A stretch of 64,000 nucleotides of DNA from Macrostomum lignano (Eukaryota). The first letter of the stretch is position 1, and every line of letters starts with the position of its first letter. The notes under the pieces are model-generated. The model was not told where the DNA came from, made no database searches, and saw only the letters and a list, made by a program, of their open reading frames with translations. Made by a program: the position numbers and the translations under genes. The stretch is from assembly GCA_002269645.1 (NCBI GenBank), contig NIVC01000278.1, positions 1 to 64,000 of the forward strand. Reading direction: 5' to 3'. Below are positions 63,478-64,000 of the stretch, one piece after another.

Positions 63478-64000
<523 letters not shown>

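Overview
Repeat-rich animal genomic DNA with spliceosomal introns, TTAGGG motifs and many satellites. The gene and repeat style suggests a flatworm such as Macrostomum, which is inference only. Main content: (1) 1-14099, a satellite array followed by head-to-tail non-autonomous Helitron-like units (TC...hairpin-CTAG) that carry internal satellites. (2) 14100-17420, a defective Polinton/adintovirus-like remnant (parvovirus-type PLA2, integrase, adenovirus pX-like protein, OTU-like PolB N-terminal fragment) bracketed by an inverted duplication of a small gene. (3) 17989-45730, two tandem paralogous minus-strand genes. In each, a giant array of 33-aa ankyrin-like repeats (about 58 and about 27) with hypervariable positions splices in frame, via a conserved micro-exon, to a cGAS-like (Mab-21/cGLR) nucleotidyltransferase. 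Copy 2 is complete (about 1767 aa); copy 1 lacks its last exon in this window. (4) 48403-50336, a 3-exon RING + zinc-finger + tandem Cys-module gene. (5) 59147-60502, the main exon of an Sp6-9 transcription factor. Most other ORFs in the track are read-through of micro/minisatellites. The best candidate for an undescribed system is the variable-ankyrin-array cGLR pair, which resembles a diversifiable, DARPin-like innate immune receptor family.
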